A DNA stretch of 63,975 bases, the filler included. It is 9 parts of 9 records of this genome, joined end to end, with 100 filler letters (N's around TTAATTAATTAA, not from the genome) between each part and the next. Parts side by side here need not be neighbours in the genome. Positions count along the whole stretch, not along the records: positions 13,922 to 25,003 come from SRR31156797_74923; positions 25,104 to 32,225 come from SRR31156797_75087; 7 more parts are not named here. One strand, 5' to 3'. This document shows positions 20,591-30,656 of the stretch, piece by piece. The notes beneath the pieces were generated by a model. That model made no database searches, had not been told where the DNA came from, and saw nothing but the letters and a program-made list of their open reading frames with translations. Position 1 is the stretch's first letter. Each line of letters begins with the position of its first letter. Position numbers and translations under genes: made by a program.

Positions 20591-22990
20591 TTATTCAATC
20601 GACCATTCGAACATACCAGCTGCATGTTCTTCAGGTAAAACAATTTCAATTTTTACTGCTGAGGTTTTTACAGGAGTAAAGGAAACGGTATTGGGAATAC
20701 CTTTTTCTGTAGGGTATTCTTCAGTATTTTCAACTGGCACCCACTCGCCTTTTGAGTCTTTGTAATAAATCTTCCAGCTATCAGGAACACGACATCCTCC
20801 CCATGGAGCGTCATCGTACCATATTACCGTTGAGCTACTCACTGTTTTTTCAGATTTGAACTCATAAGAGATCCATTCAGTAGTATTCTTTTTTGGCCAC
20901 CAATGATAATAAGGAACACTTCGATCGTGATCATTTTTAGGAACCAAACGGTCGTTAATAGCACTTATTGACTTTACGTTGTGCGATGCATCAATTTTAC
21001 TTTCTGAGGCAATCGTTGGTTCTTTTACCGGACGAATAACACTCAAATCGTTGGCCAGCCAAACCGACATTTCGCCACTTCCGCGATGCGCCCAGGCATA
21101 GTATGGAATCATGTTAAGTGTAACATTTTCAACCTCAATTTTTCCATCATCGTTGTAGGCCAACAATTGGCTTTCAGTTTTAATCATATTTATTCCGTAA
21201 AGCATATCGGGTTTACTGACCACTTCAAACTTTGGTTTAAGTGGCATTACAACCGACAACACACTAAAATCATTGTCAGGCCATTCGGCGCAATAAACAA
21301 CAGGACCTCTTTCAACTGATAGTCGGCCGGCATCGGCTTCCACTAAAGGATGCGCTTTTACAATACGTGGCTCCATATCTAAATGAATCTCCACTTTATC
21401 TCCTTTTTGCCATTTGCGACTAATTGTGAAATAACCATTCTCCAATTCGCTTTCAACAGCCGTACCGTTAACTTTTACAGCGTACGACAATTTCTTTTTA
21501 TCGGCAAATTTGTATAAGTCGCTCGGCACTACATCACCCAATACCCATCCTGGTATTCTGATTTTCAGGTTGAAATCCTGTTTCTTTTTGGGTGTTACAT
21601 CAATGCTAATGTCTCCGTTCCAAGGATATTTGGTTGTTTGTGTAAGTTGAACATTTTTCCCTTCAACCTTCATTTCAGAGTCGTTTGACATAAACAAGTT
21701 AACGTACAAATCTTTATCGTGCACCGCATAAATATAACCTGGCACAGAAGGAATAAAACGACTTATATTTGAAGGACAACAAGCACATCCGAACCATGCT
21801 TTACGCTGATGCTGACCCACTGACTCCAATGGATTTGGATAGAAAAAACCATCACCTTCCAAAGAAACACCACTAATTAATCCGTTGTATAAAGTACGTT
21901 CAAGTACATCGTAATATTTTGATTCGCCATGCAACAGGAATAAACGATAATTGAGGTAAACATTACCTATGGCAGCACATGTTTCGCAATAAGCCGACAT
22001 GTTTGGCAACTCGTAGTTTTTACCGAAGGCCTCACCATGGTTTGTGGCTCCAATGCCACCGGTTATATATAATTTCTTACCAACAATATTATCCCAAATT
22101 CTGCCAATGGCATTAATATATGATGTATCGCCTGTTAAGGCAGCTACATCAGCCATTCCCGAGTACATATAAGCAGCCCGAACAGCGTGTCCGACAGCTT
22201 CATCCTGCTCCAGAACAGGCTTGTGCGACTGACTGTATTCAGTGGTAATGGTTGTTTTTCCACGCATGTCCAACAGGTATTTGGCAAAATCAAGGTATTC
22301 CTTTTTACCAGTAACCACATATAATTTTGCCATGGCCATTTCAGCAATCTGGTGACCGGGCACAACAGTTTCCTGCCCTGGTTTTGTTCCTACCTCGCGT
22401 ATGGCACAGTCAGCATATTTTTCAGCAATTTCAAGAAAAGTTTTCTTTCCTGTTGATTGATAGTGAGCCACCGCCCCTTCGATCATGTGCCCCAGGTTGT
22501 ATAACTCGTGGCTCAGGTCTTCCACTTTTTCCCAGCGTTCTGTACCTGCCCACTCGTGTGGATGAGCTGGATTCATGGTGCGCGATGTAAATAAATATCC
22601 ATCTTCTTCCTGCGCTGCTGCCACAATTTGCAGCACACTATCGATGTAATTATCCAGTTCCGGATTCGGACAAGTTTGCATGGCATAGCTGGCACCTTCA
22701 ATGGTTTTATACACATCCGTATCGTCGAACGAATATCCTTTAACCTCAAAAGTATCACTCGGATTTGCAGCTTTAATAAAGTTATCGTAGCGCCCTGTTT
22801 CTTCGCATTTGCTAAAAGCCAAAGGAATGGTAACTTCGCGACTGGCTTTAAGGCGCTGCCCCCAAAAAGAATCGGTTACTTTAACCGAAGTAAATGAAAC
22901 CGGAGTAATTGGATAACCACCGGTATTCGTATTCTGAGCATTTGCAAAAATGCAAAATGTAAGAAATGTAATTATCAAAAATCGTCTCAT
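20591..22990 (-). CDS. GH127 beta-L-arabinofuranosidase (HypBA1-like) with C-terminal discoidin-like domain
   Basis: HELYNLGH, VGHAVRA, Zn/Cys motifs YCETCA and GCACCP, RGPVVYCAE. Confidence 0.92.
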   Translation of the reverse strand: MRRFLIITFLTFCIFANAQNTNTGGYPITPVSFTSVKVTDSFWGQRLKASREVTIPLAFSKCEETGRYDNFIKAANPSDTFEVKGYSFDDTDVYKTIEGASYAMQTCPNPELDNYIDSVLQIVAAAQEEDGYLFTSRTMNPAHPHEWAGTERWEKVEDLSHELYNLGHMIEGAVAHYQSTGKKTFLEIAEKYADCAIREVGTKPGQETVVPGHQIAEMAMAKLYVVTGKKEYLDFAKYLLDMRGKTTITTEYSQSHKPVLEQDEAVGHAVRAAYMYSGMADVAALTGDTSYINAIGRIWDNIVGKKLYITGGIGATNHGEAFGKNYELPNMSAYCETCAAIGNVYLNYRLFLLHGESKYYDVLERTLYNGLISGVSLEGDGFFYPNPLESVGQHQRKAWFGCACCPSNISRFIPSVPGYIYAVHDKDLYVNLFMSNDSEMKVEGKNVQLTQTTKYPWNGDISIDVTPKKKQDFNLKIRIPGWVLGDVVPSDLYKFADKKKLSYAVKVNGTAVESELENGYFTISRKWQKGDKVEIHLDMEPRIVKAHPLVEADAGRLSVERGPVVYCAEWPDNDFSVLSVVMPLKPKFEVVSKPDMLYGINMIKTESQLLAYNDDGKIEVENVTLNMIPYYAWAHRGSGEMSVWLANDLSVIRPVKEPTIASESKIDASHNVKSISAINDRLVPKNDHDRSVPYYHWWPKKNTTEWISYEFKSEKTVSSSTVIWYDDAPWGGCRVPDSWKIYYKDSKGEWVPVENTEEYPTEKGIPNTVSFTPVKTSAVKIEIVLPEEHAAGMFEWSIE

Positions 22991-23243
22991 CTTGCTTAAT
23001 TATTTATTCGTTCATATATCGTTTGAACTCTTATTTTGCTTTCTATTAAGGTATATAATTATAGTCCTGCCAGTTACAACTCTTTTCCCTGTAACTCACA
23101 TTTTTAAATGACCCAAGTGTTTTTAAACGTACAAATATTTTTCCCGAATATATATCATAATGTTAAAAATGAACATTCGTTTCTAACTTTTCTACCTATT
23201 ATATATTTCCTCCCCTGTAATTATGACTTTATCTTTACAAAAT

Positions 23244-24527
23244 CTACCTATTTCCCTCCGGATAGTTTTCTATTACTGTTGACAAATAGCTTACACGGTT
23301 TAACAACCATTGTTCCATTAGCTCCAGTTCTTCATCGTGTTTTTTACCAATAGGCCAACGCTCAGCATCGCTAATCATTGCAGTTGAAAAACCAGTAGCG
23401 TATTTTTGTGTTGTCGTCCAATATTCGGTCATTATCTTACCCCGAATTTCCAGCCAACGTGTTTTATATTCACTTATAAACTGCTTGTTTTTAAATAAGT
23501 CCGTAAAAAAATCAGGTACGTGGTAACCTCCTGTATGTTTTACCGGAGCAGTTCCTAATACCAATTGTTTATAGCTTTCAAAATAATTATGTCCGGTATA
23601 CATAGTCGACCAATCAAAATCAAATCCTGCATCAAAATCCCATAAAGGGCCCATGGTCCAACGCCCGGTCATATCTTTGTATAAATACATACTTCGCGGA
23701 GCATCTACTTCCACGTTGTATAACAATTCCTGAATAATCATAAAATCGATAAAAACAGGAATATTAAATATCTTTTCTACTGTTAAGTAATTAGCATCTT
23801 TTATGGCATTCTCCAATTCCGAGAATTCATTTTTAATAGACACCAACTGCGCACTTGTTTTTATTTCCGGGCTTTTAACGCAAACCGGCATTCGATATGT
23901 TTCGGACCAAAAATTATCGTTGTTCGTGGGCGATAAATAGGGTCCATCATCGGCGTCGAGCGACAAAAGGATTCCTGTTGTTGAATCAATTGCTACCCGG
24001 TTTTTACCTTGTTCCACCTGTTCGGTTAAATGGTATAATCCGATGTAATCACCGTTTAAATTCACTTCTACATAACGCGAATGATTAGTGTAGGGAATTT
24101 CGAGTTCGCGCCCCATTGTAAAAGCGAAAGTATTCATTAAATGTGTTGGGTCGCGGTATTCGGCCAATAATACCCAGTCTTTATTTGCTGCCAAGCCCAA
24201 CACTTCGCTTTTTTCAGTTAATTTTATCCGGTAAGGTTTTTTCGGGTACCAGAACCAGGTAGAGTTTCCCCTTCCCCTGATTTTTCCGGTACCCGAATAA
24301 TTCCATTCATTTTTATCTGATTCGAAAGAAACTGTACAGTTAACGTAGGTTTCTTTTGATGAAATTTCACTTCCATTTTCAGTGCTAATGCTCAACTGAG
24401 CCACCCCATAAGCTTCCTCAGGAGTTTCTTCTTTTTCACCATCTTTTTCCCCAAACTCATCATCAGAACAATTTGAGAAAAACAGGATAACAAAAGAAAA
24501 AATCACAAACCGAAAACCGGACTTCAT
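23244..24527 (-). CDS. CotH kinase family lipoprotein
   Basis: IRGRGNSTW, KKPYRIKL, KDWVLLA, YIGLYHLTE and GPLWDFD motifs; lipobox-like Cys. Confidence 0.9.
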   Translation of the reverse strand: MKSGFRFVIFSFVILFFSNCSDDEFGEKDGEKEETPEEAYGVAQLSISTENGSEISSKETYVNCTVSFESDKNEWNYSGTGKIRGRGNSTWFWYPKKPYRIKLTEKSEVLGLAANKDWVLLAEYRDPTHLMNTFAFTMGRELEIPYTNHSRYVEVNLNGDYIGLYHLTEQVEQGKNRVAIDSTTGILLSLDADDGPYLSPTNNDNFWSETYRMPVCVKSPEIKTSAQLVSIKNEFSELENAIKDANYLTVEKIFNIPVFIDFMIIQELLYNVEVDAPRSMYLYKDMTGRWTMGPLWDFDAGFDFDWSTMYTGHNYFESYKQLVLGTAPVKHTGGYHVPDFFTDLFKNKQFISEYKTRWLEIRGKIMTEYWTTTQKYATGFSTAMISDAERWPIGKKHDEELELMEQWLLNRVSYLSTVIENYPEGNR

Positions 24528-24565
24528 CCCCGAATCAATATAAAAATTATAAACTATCAAACTGA

Positions 24566-25003
24566 TTAATTGATTGTAATATTAAATACAAAGGTTATTA
24601 GATACTCCTGCGCATCTTTTGTATAAACAAAAGCCTCTTTAATGGTATATGTATCGCCGGAATTACTTTTCCCGGGGTATTGACCGATACTAAATTCAAA
24701 CGTACTCGCATTAAATTCAGAGAATACTTTACTGTCGTTATCGCTACCCCAACCAATTACACCACCATTACTATCAAACCAGAATCCCAGTCCGTTTGCA
24801 GTGGTATTGTAATTCAACGACTCATCAGGTTCAACGGCTGCAAAAGCAATCTTTCCTTCTTCAGGCTCTTCTTTGGCTTCAAGCATATATGCCGAAATCT
24901 CGGAAGGTTGAAGTGCCAAAGCTTGCGCAACTTTACTAATGTCTCCATTATCGTTTAGACTAAGCGTTGTTCCTGAATAGGCCTCAGCATCTGCCGCAAA
25001 TGA
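24566..25003 (-). CDS. DUF4859-like Bacteroidota protein, 5' truncated
   Basis: TTANGLGFWFDSNG and FSIGQYPG motifs; frame open to the contig end. Confidence 0.7.
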   Translation of the reverse strand, partial: SFAADAEAYSGTTLSLNDNGDISKVAQALALQPSEISAYMLEAKEEPEEGKIAFAAVEPDESLNYNTTANGLGFWFDSNGGVIGWGSDNDSKVFSEFNASTFEFSIGQYPGKSNSGDTYTIKEAFVYTKDAQEYLITFVFNITIN

Positions 25004-25103
25004 NNNNNNNNNNNNNNNNNNNNNNNNNNNNNNNNNNNNNNNNNNNNTTAATTAATTAANNNNNNNNNNNNNNNNNNNNNNNNNNNNNNNNNNNNNNNNN
25101 NNN
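25004..25103. other. Artificial contig linker
   Basis: N44-TTAATTAATTAA-N44. Confidence 0.99.
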
Positions 25104-25104
25104 C

Positions 25105-26490
25105 AAACTGGTACACGGCGGGGTTCGTTACCTGGCCCAGGGGGATATCTCTCTGGTACTGGAAGCTTTGCGCGAAAGGGGATTAATGCGACAAAATGCA
25201 CCCCATCTGGTTAAAAATCAATCTTTTATTATTCCGAACTACGAATGGTGGGGTGGCCCGTTTTATACCATCGGCCTGAAAGTTTATGATATGATGGCCG
25301 GGAAACTGGGACTTGGTCCTTCAATCCATTTGTCGAAACAAGAAACAATGGATGCCTTACCAACTTTAAAGGAGGAAGGATTAACCGGGGGAGTAATCTA
25401 CCACGACGGTCAGTTCGACGATGCGCGACTTTCGGTGAACCTGGCACAAACCATCATTGATTACGATGGTGTGGCTGTAAATTACACCAAAGTTATTGGA
25501 CTACTAAAAGGAGATGACAGGATGATTTGCGGAGTGCAGGTAAAAGATATGATCGATGGAGAAGAGTTTGTGGTTAAAGCCAGAGCCGTGATCAATGCAA
25601 CCGGAGTTTTTACCAACGATATTCTTCAAATGGATGAGCCCGGCACCCCCAAAAAGGTAGTACCAAGCCAGGGCATCCACCTGGTTCTTGATCATGATTT
25701 TCTACAGGGCGACCATGCCATTATGATCCCAAAAACAGATGATGGTCGTGTGCTTTTTGCGGTTCCGTGGCGCGGCAAGGTTGTAGTGGGTACTACCGAT
25801 ACTTTAATTAACGATGCCAGCCTTGAACCTCGTGCTTTAGAAGAAGAAATAGAGTTCGTGCTGAATACAGCGGAAAGATACCTGACCCGTCCACCAAAAC
25901 GTAGCGATGTACGTAGTATTTTTGCCGGATTACGCCCATTGGCGGCGCCAGAAGAAGAAGGGAAAAAGACAAAAGAGATTTCTCGAAGCCATAAAGTAAT
26001 AATGAGTCTATCGGGTTTAATTACCATAACTGGTGGTAAATGGACAACTTACCGCAAAATGGGAGAAGACACCATTAACAATGCAGTTCTTCTTGCCGGT
26101 TTAAAAGAGCGCCCCTGCATCTCCGAAAACCTTTCGATTCATGGCTATACAAAGAATGTTGATTTAAACGATCATTTTTACGTTTATGGTTCAGATTCAA
26201 AAGCTATTAAAGAGATGATTGAAGAACAACCTGGAATGGGAGAGAAACTACACGAGCGACTGGATTTCACTGTAGCAGAGGTGGTTTGGGGCTGCCGAAA
26301 AGAAATGGCCATGACACTTGACGATATGCTGGCTCGCCGTGTTCGGGCTCTCTTCCTTGATGCCCGTGCTGCAGAAGAAATGGCACCAAAAGTAGCAGAG
26401 ATAATGGCCAAAGAATTAGGTCGAGATGGACAATGGGTGAAGGAACAGGTGAAGGAATTTACAACACTTGCAAAAGGATATTATCTATAA
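25105..26490 (+). CDS. glpD: FAD-dependent glycerol-3-phosphate dehydrogenase, 5' truncated
   Basis: KLVHGGVRYL, DGQFDDARL, GTTD, AGLRPL and GGKWTTYR motifs. Confidence 0.95.
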   Translation, partial: KLVHGGVRYLAQGDISLVLEALRERGLMRQNAPHLVKNQSFIIPNYEWWGGPFYTIGLKVYDMMAGKLGLGPSIHLSKQETMDALPTLKEEGLTGGVIYHDGQFDDARLSVNLAQTIIDYDGVAVNYTKVIGLLKGDDRMICGVQVKDMIDGEEFVVKARAVINATGVFTNDILQMDEPGTPKKVVPSQGIHLVLDHDFLQGDHAIMIPKTDDGRVLFAVPWRGKVVVGTTDTLINDASLEPRALEEEIEFVLNTAERYLTRPPKRSDVRSIFAGLRPLAAPEEEGKKTKEISRSHKVIMSLSGLITITGGKWTTYRKMGEDTINNAVLLAGLKERPCISENLSIHGYTKNVDLNDHFYVYGSDSKAIKEMIEEQPGMGEKLHERLDFTVAEVVWGCRKEMAMTLDDMLARRVRALFLDARAAEEMAPKVAEIMAKELGRDGQWVKEQVKEFTTLAKGYYL

Positions 26491-26543
26491 AATAACCTGC
26501 AGCTGAAACGATAGTAAGCATGCATAAAAATCATTAAACTAAT

Positions 26544-27278
26544 ATGACTGAATTTGTAGCTGAGATAATCGGTACCATGATTCTGATACTTCTCGGAAAC
26601 GGAGTAGTTGCTAACGTTGTTCTTAGAGAAACAAAAGGAAACAATAGTGGTTGGATTGTAATATCACTAGGTTGGGGACTAGCTGTTATGATGGCTGTTA
26701 TTGTTGCAGGCCCTGTAAGTGGTGCACATATAAATCCGGCAGTAACACTGGGTTTAGCCATGGGAGGACTTTTCCCCTGGGCAAAAGTAGGTATTTATAT
26801 TGCCGGCGAAATGATTGGAGCAATGCTAGGTGCCATTATGGTATGGCTAAGCTACCACGACCATTTTAAAGCCCACAACGATAACAACGGTTATCTTTGC
26901 GTATTTGCAACTGGTCCTGCCATTCGAAACTTTAAAAAGAACTTCTTAACAGAATTGATAGGTACTTTCGTACTCATTTTTGTGATCTTTTATATTACTG
27001 ATCTAAAATTCCATACCAATCAAATACAAGATGTTGAGGTTGGGCTGGGATCAATCGGAGCACTGCCCGTTGCCTTACTCGTTACTGCAATAGGCCTTAG
27101 TTTGGGCGGCCCTACCGGTTATGCCATTAATCCTGCCCGAGACCTGGGGCCAAGAATTATTCACGCCATTTTACCCGCCAAAAACAAGGGTGGAAGTGAT
27201 TGGGCTTATGCCTGGATACCAATTTTTGGTCCAATTGCCGGAGCTTCTTTAGCAACGGGACTGTTCCTTTTATTGTAA
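26544..27278 (+). CDS. glpF: Glycerol uptake facilitator (MIP/aquaglyceroporin)
   Basis: SGAHINPAVT and GYAINPARD NPA motifs; adjacent to glpD. Confidence 0.95.
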   Translation: MTEFVAEIIGTMILILLGNGVVANVVLRETKGNNSGWIVISLGWGLAVMMAVIVAGPVSGAHINPAVTLGLAMGGLFPWAKVGIYIAGEMIGAMLGAIMVWLSYHDHFKAHNDNNGYLCVFATGPAIRNFKKNFLTELIGTFVLIFVIFYITDLKFHTNQIQDVEVGLGSIGALPVALLVTAIGLSLGGPTGYAINPARDLGPRIIHAILPAKNKGGSDWAYAWIPIFGPIAGASLATGLFLLL

Positions 27279-27344
27279 AAACGAAACCACTATGCACTGG
27301 AAATACATAGGTTTAAGATTGAATGCCTACCTGTTCGGCCGACC

Positions 27345-27392
27345 AATGTCAATAGGTTAAAGTTTTTCAACCCTTTTGCCTATTGGCATTTT
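27345..27392 (+). terminator. Hairpin, probable terminator after glpF
   Basis: AATGTCAATAGG...CCTATTGGCATT inverted repeat with one G-U pair, then TT. Confidence 0.55.
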
Positions 27393-27801
27393 CCATAAAA
27401 AAAGGGAAAAAGGCAGTATGTAAAGCACAAGACTCTCATGAATCAAAAAAAATAATGAACAAAGAAAAAGACTTGAGTAGAAAGTAATGAGTCGTGTGAG
27501 AAGGTTAAGTATTGTATTGATTTACACCGGGGAAGAATCAGATTTATATTCATTATTTTTTGTAAAAAGTTGATATTTTTCTTTTCATTTTATAAATTGT
27601 AGAGCCAATAATTTACAGGCCCGTAAAGTTGTGACCCAGTATTTTACACACAAGAAACAAAATGAAAAATACATTAAACCTCGCTAAAAATTGTCCTTCA
27701 GATATTACCCGAAACTTTCTGGCTGAACAGCAAGAACATCCATAATATTCAATTATAAAAACCTTTTAACTCGACTCACAAAACGTATTAAATCAATAAT
27801 T

Positions 27802-29373
27802 ATGAAAACTTATTACGACATCCACTGCCACATTTTTAACAAGGAGGTAATCATCCGGAAGTTGGTAAATGTGGTTCAATCCTTACTAGCTATTAAAGAC
27901 CTCCTGGAAAAAGAAGTTTCTTCAGAGGAACTAAAATTTAAGATTGACGGAATTAATCGAACCCTAAAAGAGGTAACTCAGGAGTCTAGCGAAGAGGTTT
28001 TTGAAGCCCTGGAAAAGGTATACAAAGGAAAGGTAGTTACAACACCCCTAATGTTTGATCTTACTTACGCCGACGACAACGATGACGATGAACACCATAA
28101 TAAACGTTATCGAAAAAGAATAAAACGTATATTTTGGTTACTGAAAATAGCTATTCCTTTTATAAAAAGGCGAATGAACCGGAAACTCAAAAGTCACGAC
28201 CTGTCGATCGGATTTGATAAAATTCAGAAAAGGATCGAGGATTTTGAAAAAACATTTGAAAAAAAATCGGACGATGAAGTTGAGATTTTTGACAATGCCA
28301 ACTACGACCAGCAAATTGCAGACCTGGAATACCTGGCCAACCATTACCAGCAAATAAAACCTTTTTTTAGCATCGATCCTCGTCGCGAATACAAAGGAGA
28401 TGTAATCCTAACCGATAAACTAAAAGAAAAAGTACTTTCTGCCAACGGAAAATTCTCAGGAATAAAACTATATGCTCCTGCGGGATTCTCACCTACCGAC
28501 CCGGTTTTGATGGGGACAAAAAACAATCCTGGAATCTATGCTCTATGTCAGGAGCATAACATCCCAATAACCGTACACAATTCAAATGGAGGTTTCGCCT
28601 GTTTTTCTTCAGTATTAAAAGTTAGAGGAAATGTTTTTCTTAATGGGAACCTGGTAAAACTCAGAAAACCATTAGTGTTCGATTACCGCTTTTTTAGCCG
28701 AAATGTTCATAAGGCAATTGCCGAAAGGGCGAAAAAATTAAACCATCCAAAATTATGGGAACTCGTACTAAAAAAGTATCCAAACCTAACCATCAACTTT
28801 GCACACTTTGGCGGAAGCGGACAAATAATGGAATACATTAACTATACCATACCTTATGTAAAAGTTGACGATGACGAGTTCGAAGATGCCATTCTTCATC
28901 TTTCAAACAAAAACAAAGAGATTATTCGAAATGCGTACACCCTGAAACGTAAAAAACGTATTTTAAAAGATGATTTAACCATTGCTGAACGAGCAGAAGT
29001 ATGGAATGCACTGTACCGTGCAGAGATAATTGATAACTGGAGTAAGGCAATTTTTGATTTGGTAAAAAATCCGAAATACCCAAATGCTTTTACCGACCTT
29101 TCATGCTTTTCTGAAGGGACAATAATAAAATCCCCGATTGATCAAAAACCAGAATTCAGCATAAGAGAAGAACTAAGAACTTTTAAAACCAGCTTTTTCG
29201 ACAAGCTTAATAAATATGAGAAATCAAAGTTTCTTTATGGCTCGGACTATTATCTCACGCAGTTTTTTGGCCCCAGTATGGAACAGTACTTCAGCGACTT
29301 TAAGATGGCATTTGCCGAAGAGTTCGATTTGATAGCACATATAAATCCCAAACGATTCTTAAACATTAAGTAA
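27802..29373 (+). CDS. Amidohydrolase_2-type TIM-barrel metallohydrolase with helical insertions
   Basis: DIHCH, GIKLY, PITVH, NFAHFGG, TDLS and YGSDY metal-site motifs. Confidence 0.85.
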   Translation: MKTYYDIHCHIFNKEVIIRKLVNVVQSLLAIKDLLEKEVSSEELKFKIDGINRTLKEVTQESSEEVFEALEKVYKGKVVTTPLMFDLTYADDNDDDEHHNKRYRKRIKRIFWLLKIAIPFIKRRMNRKLKSHDLSIGFDKIQKRIEDFEKTFEKKSDDEVEIFDNANYDQQIADLEYLANHYQQIKPFFSIDPRREYKGDVILTDKLKEKVLSANGKFSGIKLYAPAGFSPTDPVLMGTKNNPGIYALCQEHNIPITVHNSNGGFACFSSVLKVRGNVFLNGNLVKLRKPLVFDYRFFSRNVHKAIAERAKKLNHPKLWELVLKKYPNLTINFAHFGGSGQIMEYINYTIPYVKVDDDEFEDAILHLSNKNKEIIRNAYTLKRKKRILKDDLTIAERAEVWNALYRAEIIDNWSKAIFDLVKNPKYPNAFTDLSCFSEGTIIKSPIDQKPEFSIREELRTFKTSFFDKLNKYEKSKFLYGSDYYLTQFFGPSMEQYFSDFKMAFAEEFDLIAHINPKRFLNIK

Positions 29374-29379
29374 CCGATT

Positions 29380-30045
29380 ATGGAAGATTTTTTAAAAATA
29401 GCTTTTAACGAGTTAGGTACCGAAGAGATTGTAGGTGCAGAGCACAATCCCGAAGTATTAAAATATGCCAGCGAAACCGGGATAAAGGGTATTACAACCG
29501 ATGAAATTCCCTGGTGCAGCAACTTTGTAAATTGGGTAGCCATGAAAGCTGGTTTGGAATATTCAAAACAACCAAACGCCCGCTCATGGTTAAATCTTGG
29601 AACAAAAATCAACAATCCCGAACCCGGCGATATTGTAGTATTTTGGCGTGAAAGGCCAGAATCGTGGAAAGGACATGTTGGAATTTTTCTAGGTGTTTCA
29701 ACCGACAAAAAAAGAGTGTATTGTCTTGGTGGCAACCAGGGAAACAGGGTCTCGGTATCGGCTTACCGAATAAATACGGTATTATCATATCAGCGACTGG
29801 CTCCACGTCAGCAGCTTGTTATACCTGCTCCAGTTCTTCAACGTGGCAGCAAAGGGCAGCTAGTTGTGGCCTTGCAAGATGCCCTAAAACTGTTAAACAT
29901 CGATGTAGGCACTTCAGATGGTGATTTTGGTCCGAAAACCGAAAACGGAGTAAAAGAGTTACAAACGCGAAAACCGGAACTCCTGATCGATGGTATTTAC
30001 AATGCAGTAACAAGAGATTTATTGGAATCCTTATTTCAGTCTTAA
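29380..30045 (+). CDS. TIGR02594 family (NlpC/P60/CHAP-like) peptidoglycan hydrolase with C-terminal PG-binding domain
   Basis: DEIPWCS, ARSW, GDIVVFWR, GHVG, LGGNQ; C-terminal LQRGSKG..VVALQ..DGDFGPKT..DG. Confidence 0.9.
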   Translation: MEDFLKIAFNELGTEEIVGAEHNPEVLKYASETGIKGITTDEIPWCSNFVNWVAMKAGLEYSKQPNARSWLNLGTKINNPEPGDIVVFWRERPESWKGHVGIFLGVSTDKKRVYCLGGNQGNRVSVSAYRINTVLSYQRLAPRQQLVIPAPVLQRGSKGQLVVALQDALKLLNIDVGTSDGDFGPKTENGVKELQTRKPELLIDGIYNAVTRDLLESLFQS

Positions 30046-30095
30046 AAACAGGATGACCTCCTTACAATAATAATTAATCACTAAAACAACAAGTT

Positions 30096-30596
30096 ATGAC
30101 ACAAAAAGTAGCAGACTTAACCACTCAGGATTTTGTTAAACTCCTGGAAGATTTTCATGCAGCACCAAAGCACCGGAACAAAATGAAGGAAGAAGAGATC
30201 AAAGATCTGGCCATTAGGCTAAATGAAAAGATCAATGTTCCATTTATTGATGAAACCGGTGAAGAAAGAATTCTAATTAAAATTGTTTTAAAGATCGACA
30301 CCTTTTTATACGATCATCTTCCCAACGAATTTTATGATGTTATAAGAAGTGCCGACCGTGGAATTTCAGATAAAGAAGCCAAACGATTGGTTCGTCGTTT
30401 AACTCGTTTAGCTAACCAAAAAATAGACATCCCTTATTTACCTGAAGCCATGGAACATATTGCAATAAAGTTTATAATTGGCCTGGTGGTAAAAGCAGCC
30501 CGGAAAAAACTTAACTTTAATGAAGTAAGAGCAAATTCGGCCAACATGGTTATTCCTGAGTCAGAGGAAGATATTGAGGTTCTTGTAGAAGATTAA
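30096..30596 (+). CDS. Hypothetical helical protein with an internal two-fold repeat
   Basis: LNEKINVPFIDETGE and ANQKIDIPYLPEAME. Confidence 0.8.
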   Translation: MTQKVADLTTQDFVKLLEDFHAAPKHRNKMKEEEIKDLAIRLNEKINVPFIDETGEERILIKIVLKIDTFLYDHLPNEFYDVIRSADRGISDKEAKRLVRRLTRLANQKIDIPYLPEAMEHIAIKFIIGLVVKAARKKLNFNEVRANSANMVIPESEEDIEVLVED

Positions 30597-30656
30597 TCCA
30601 CCCAATATTACCCCGGTGTAGTTATAAAAGTTTGTATCTTCGGAAAAAACAATGTT

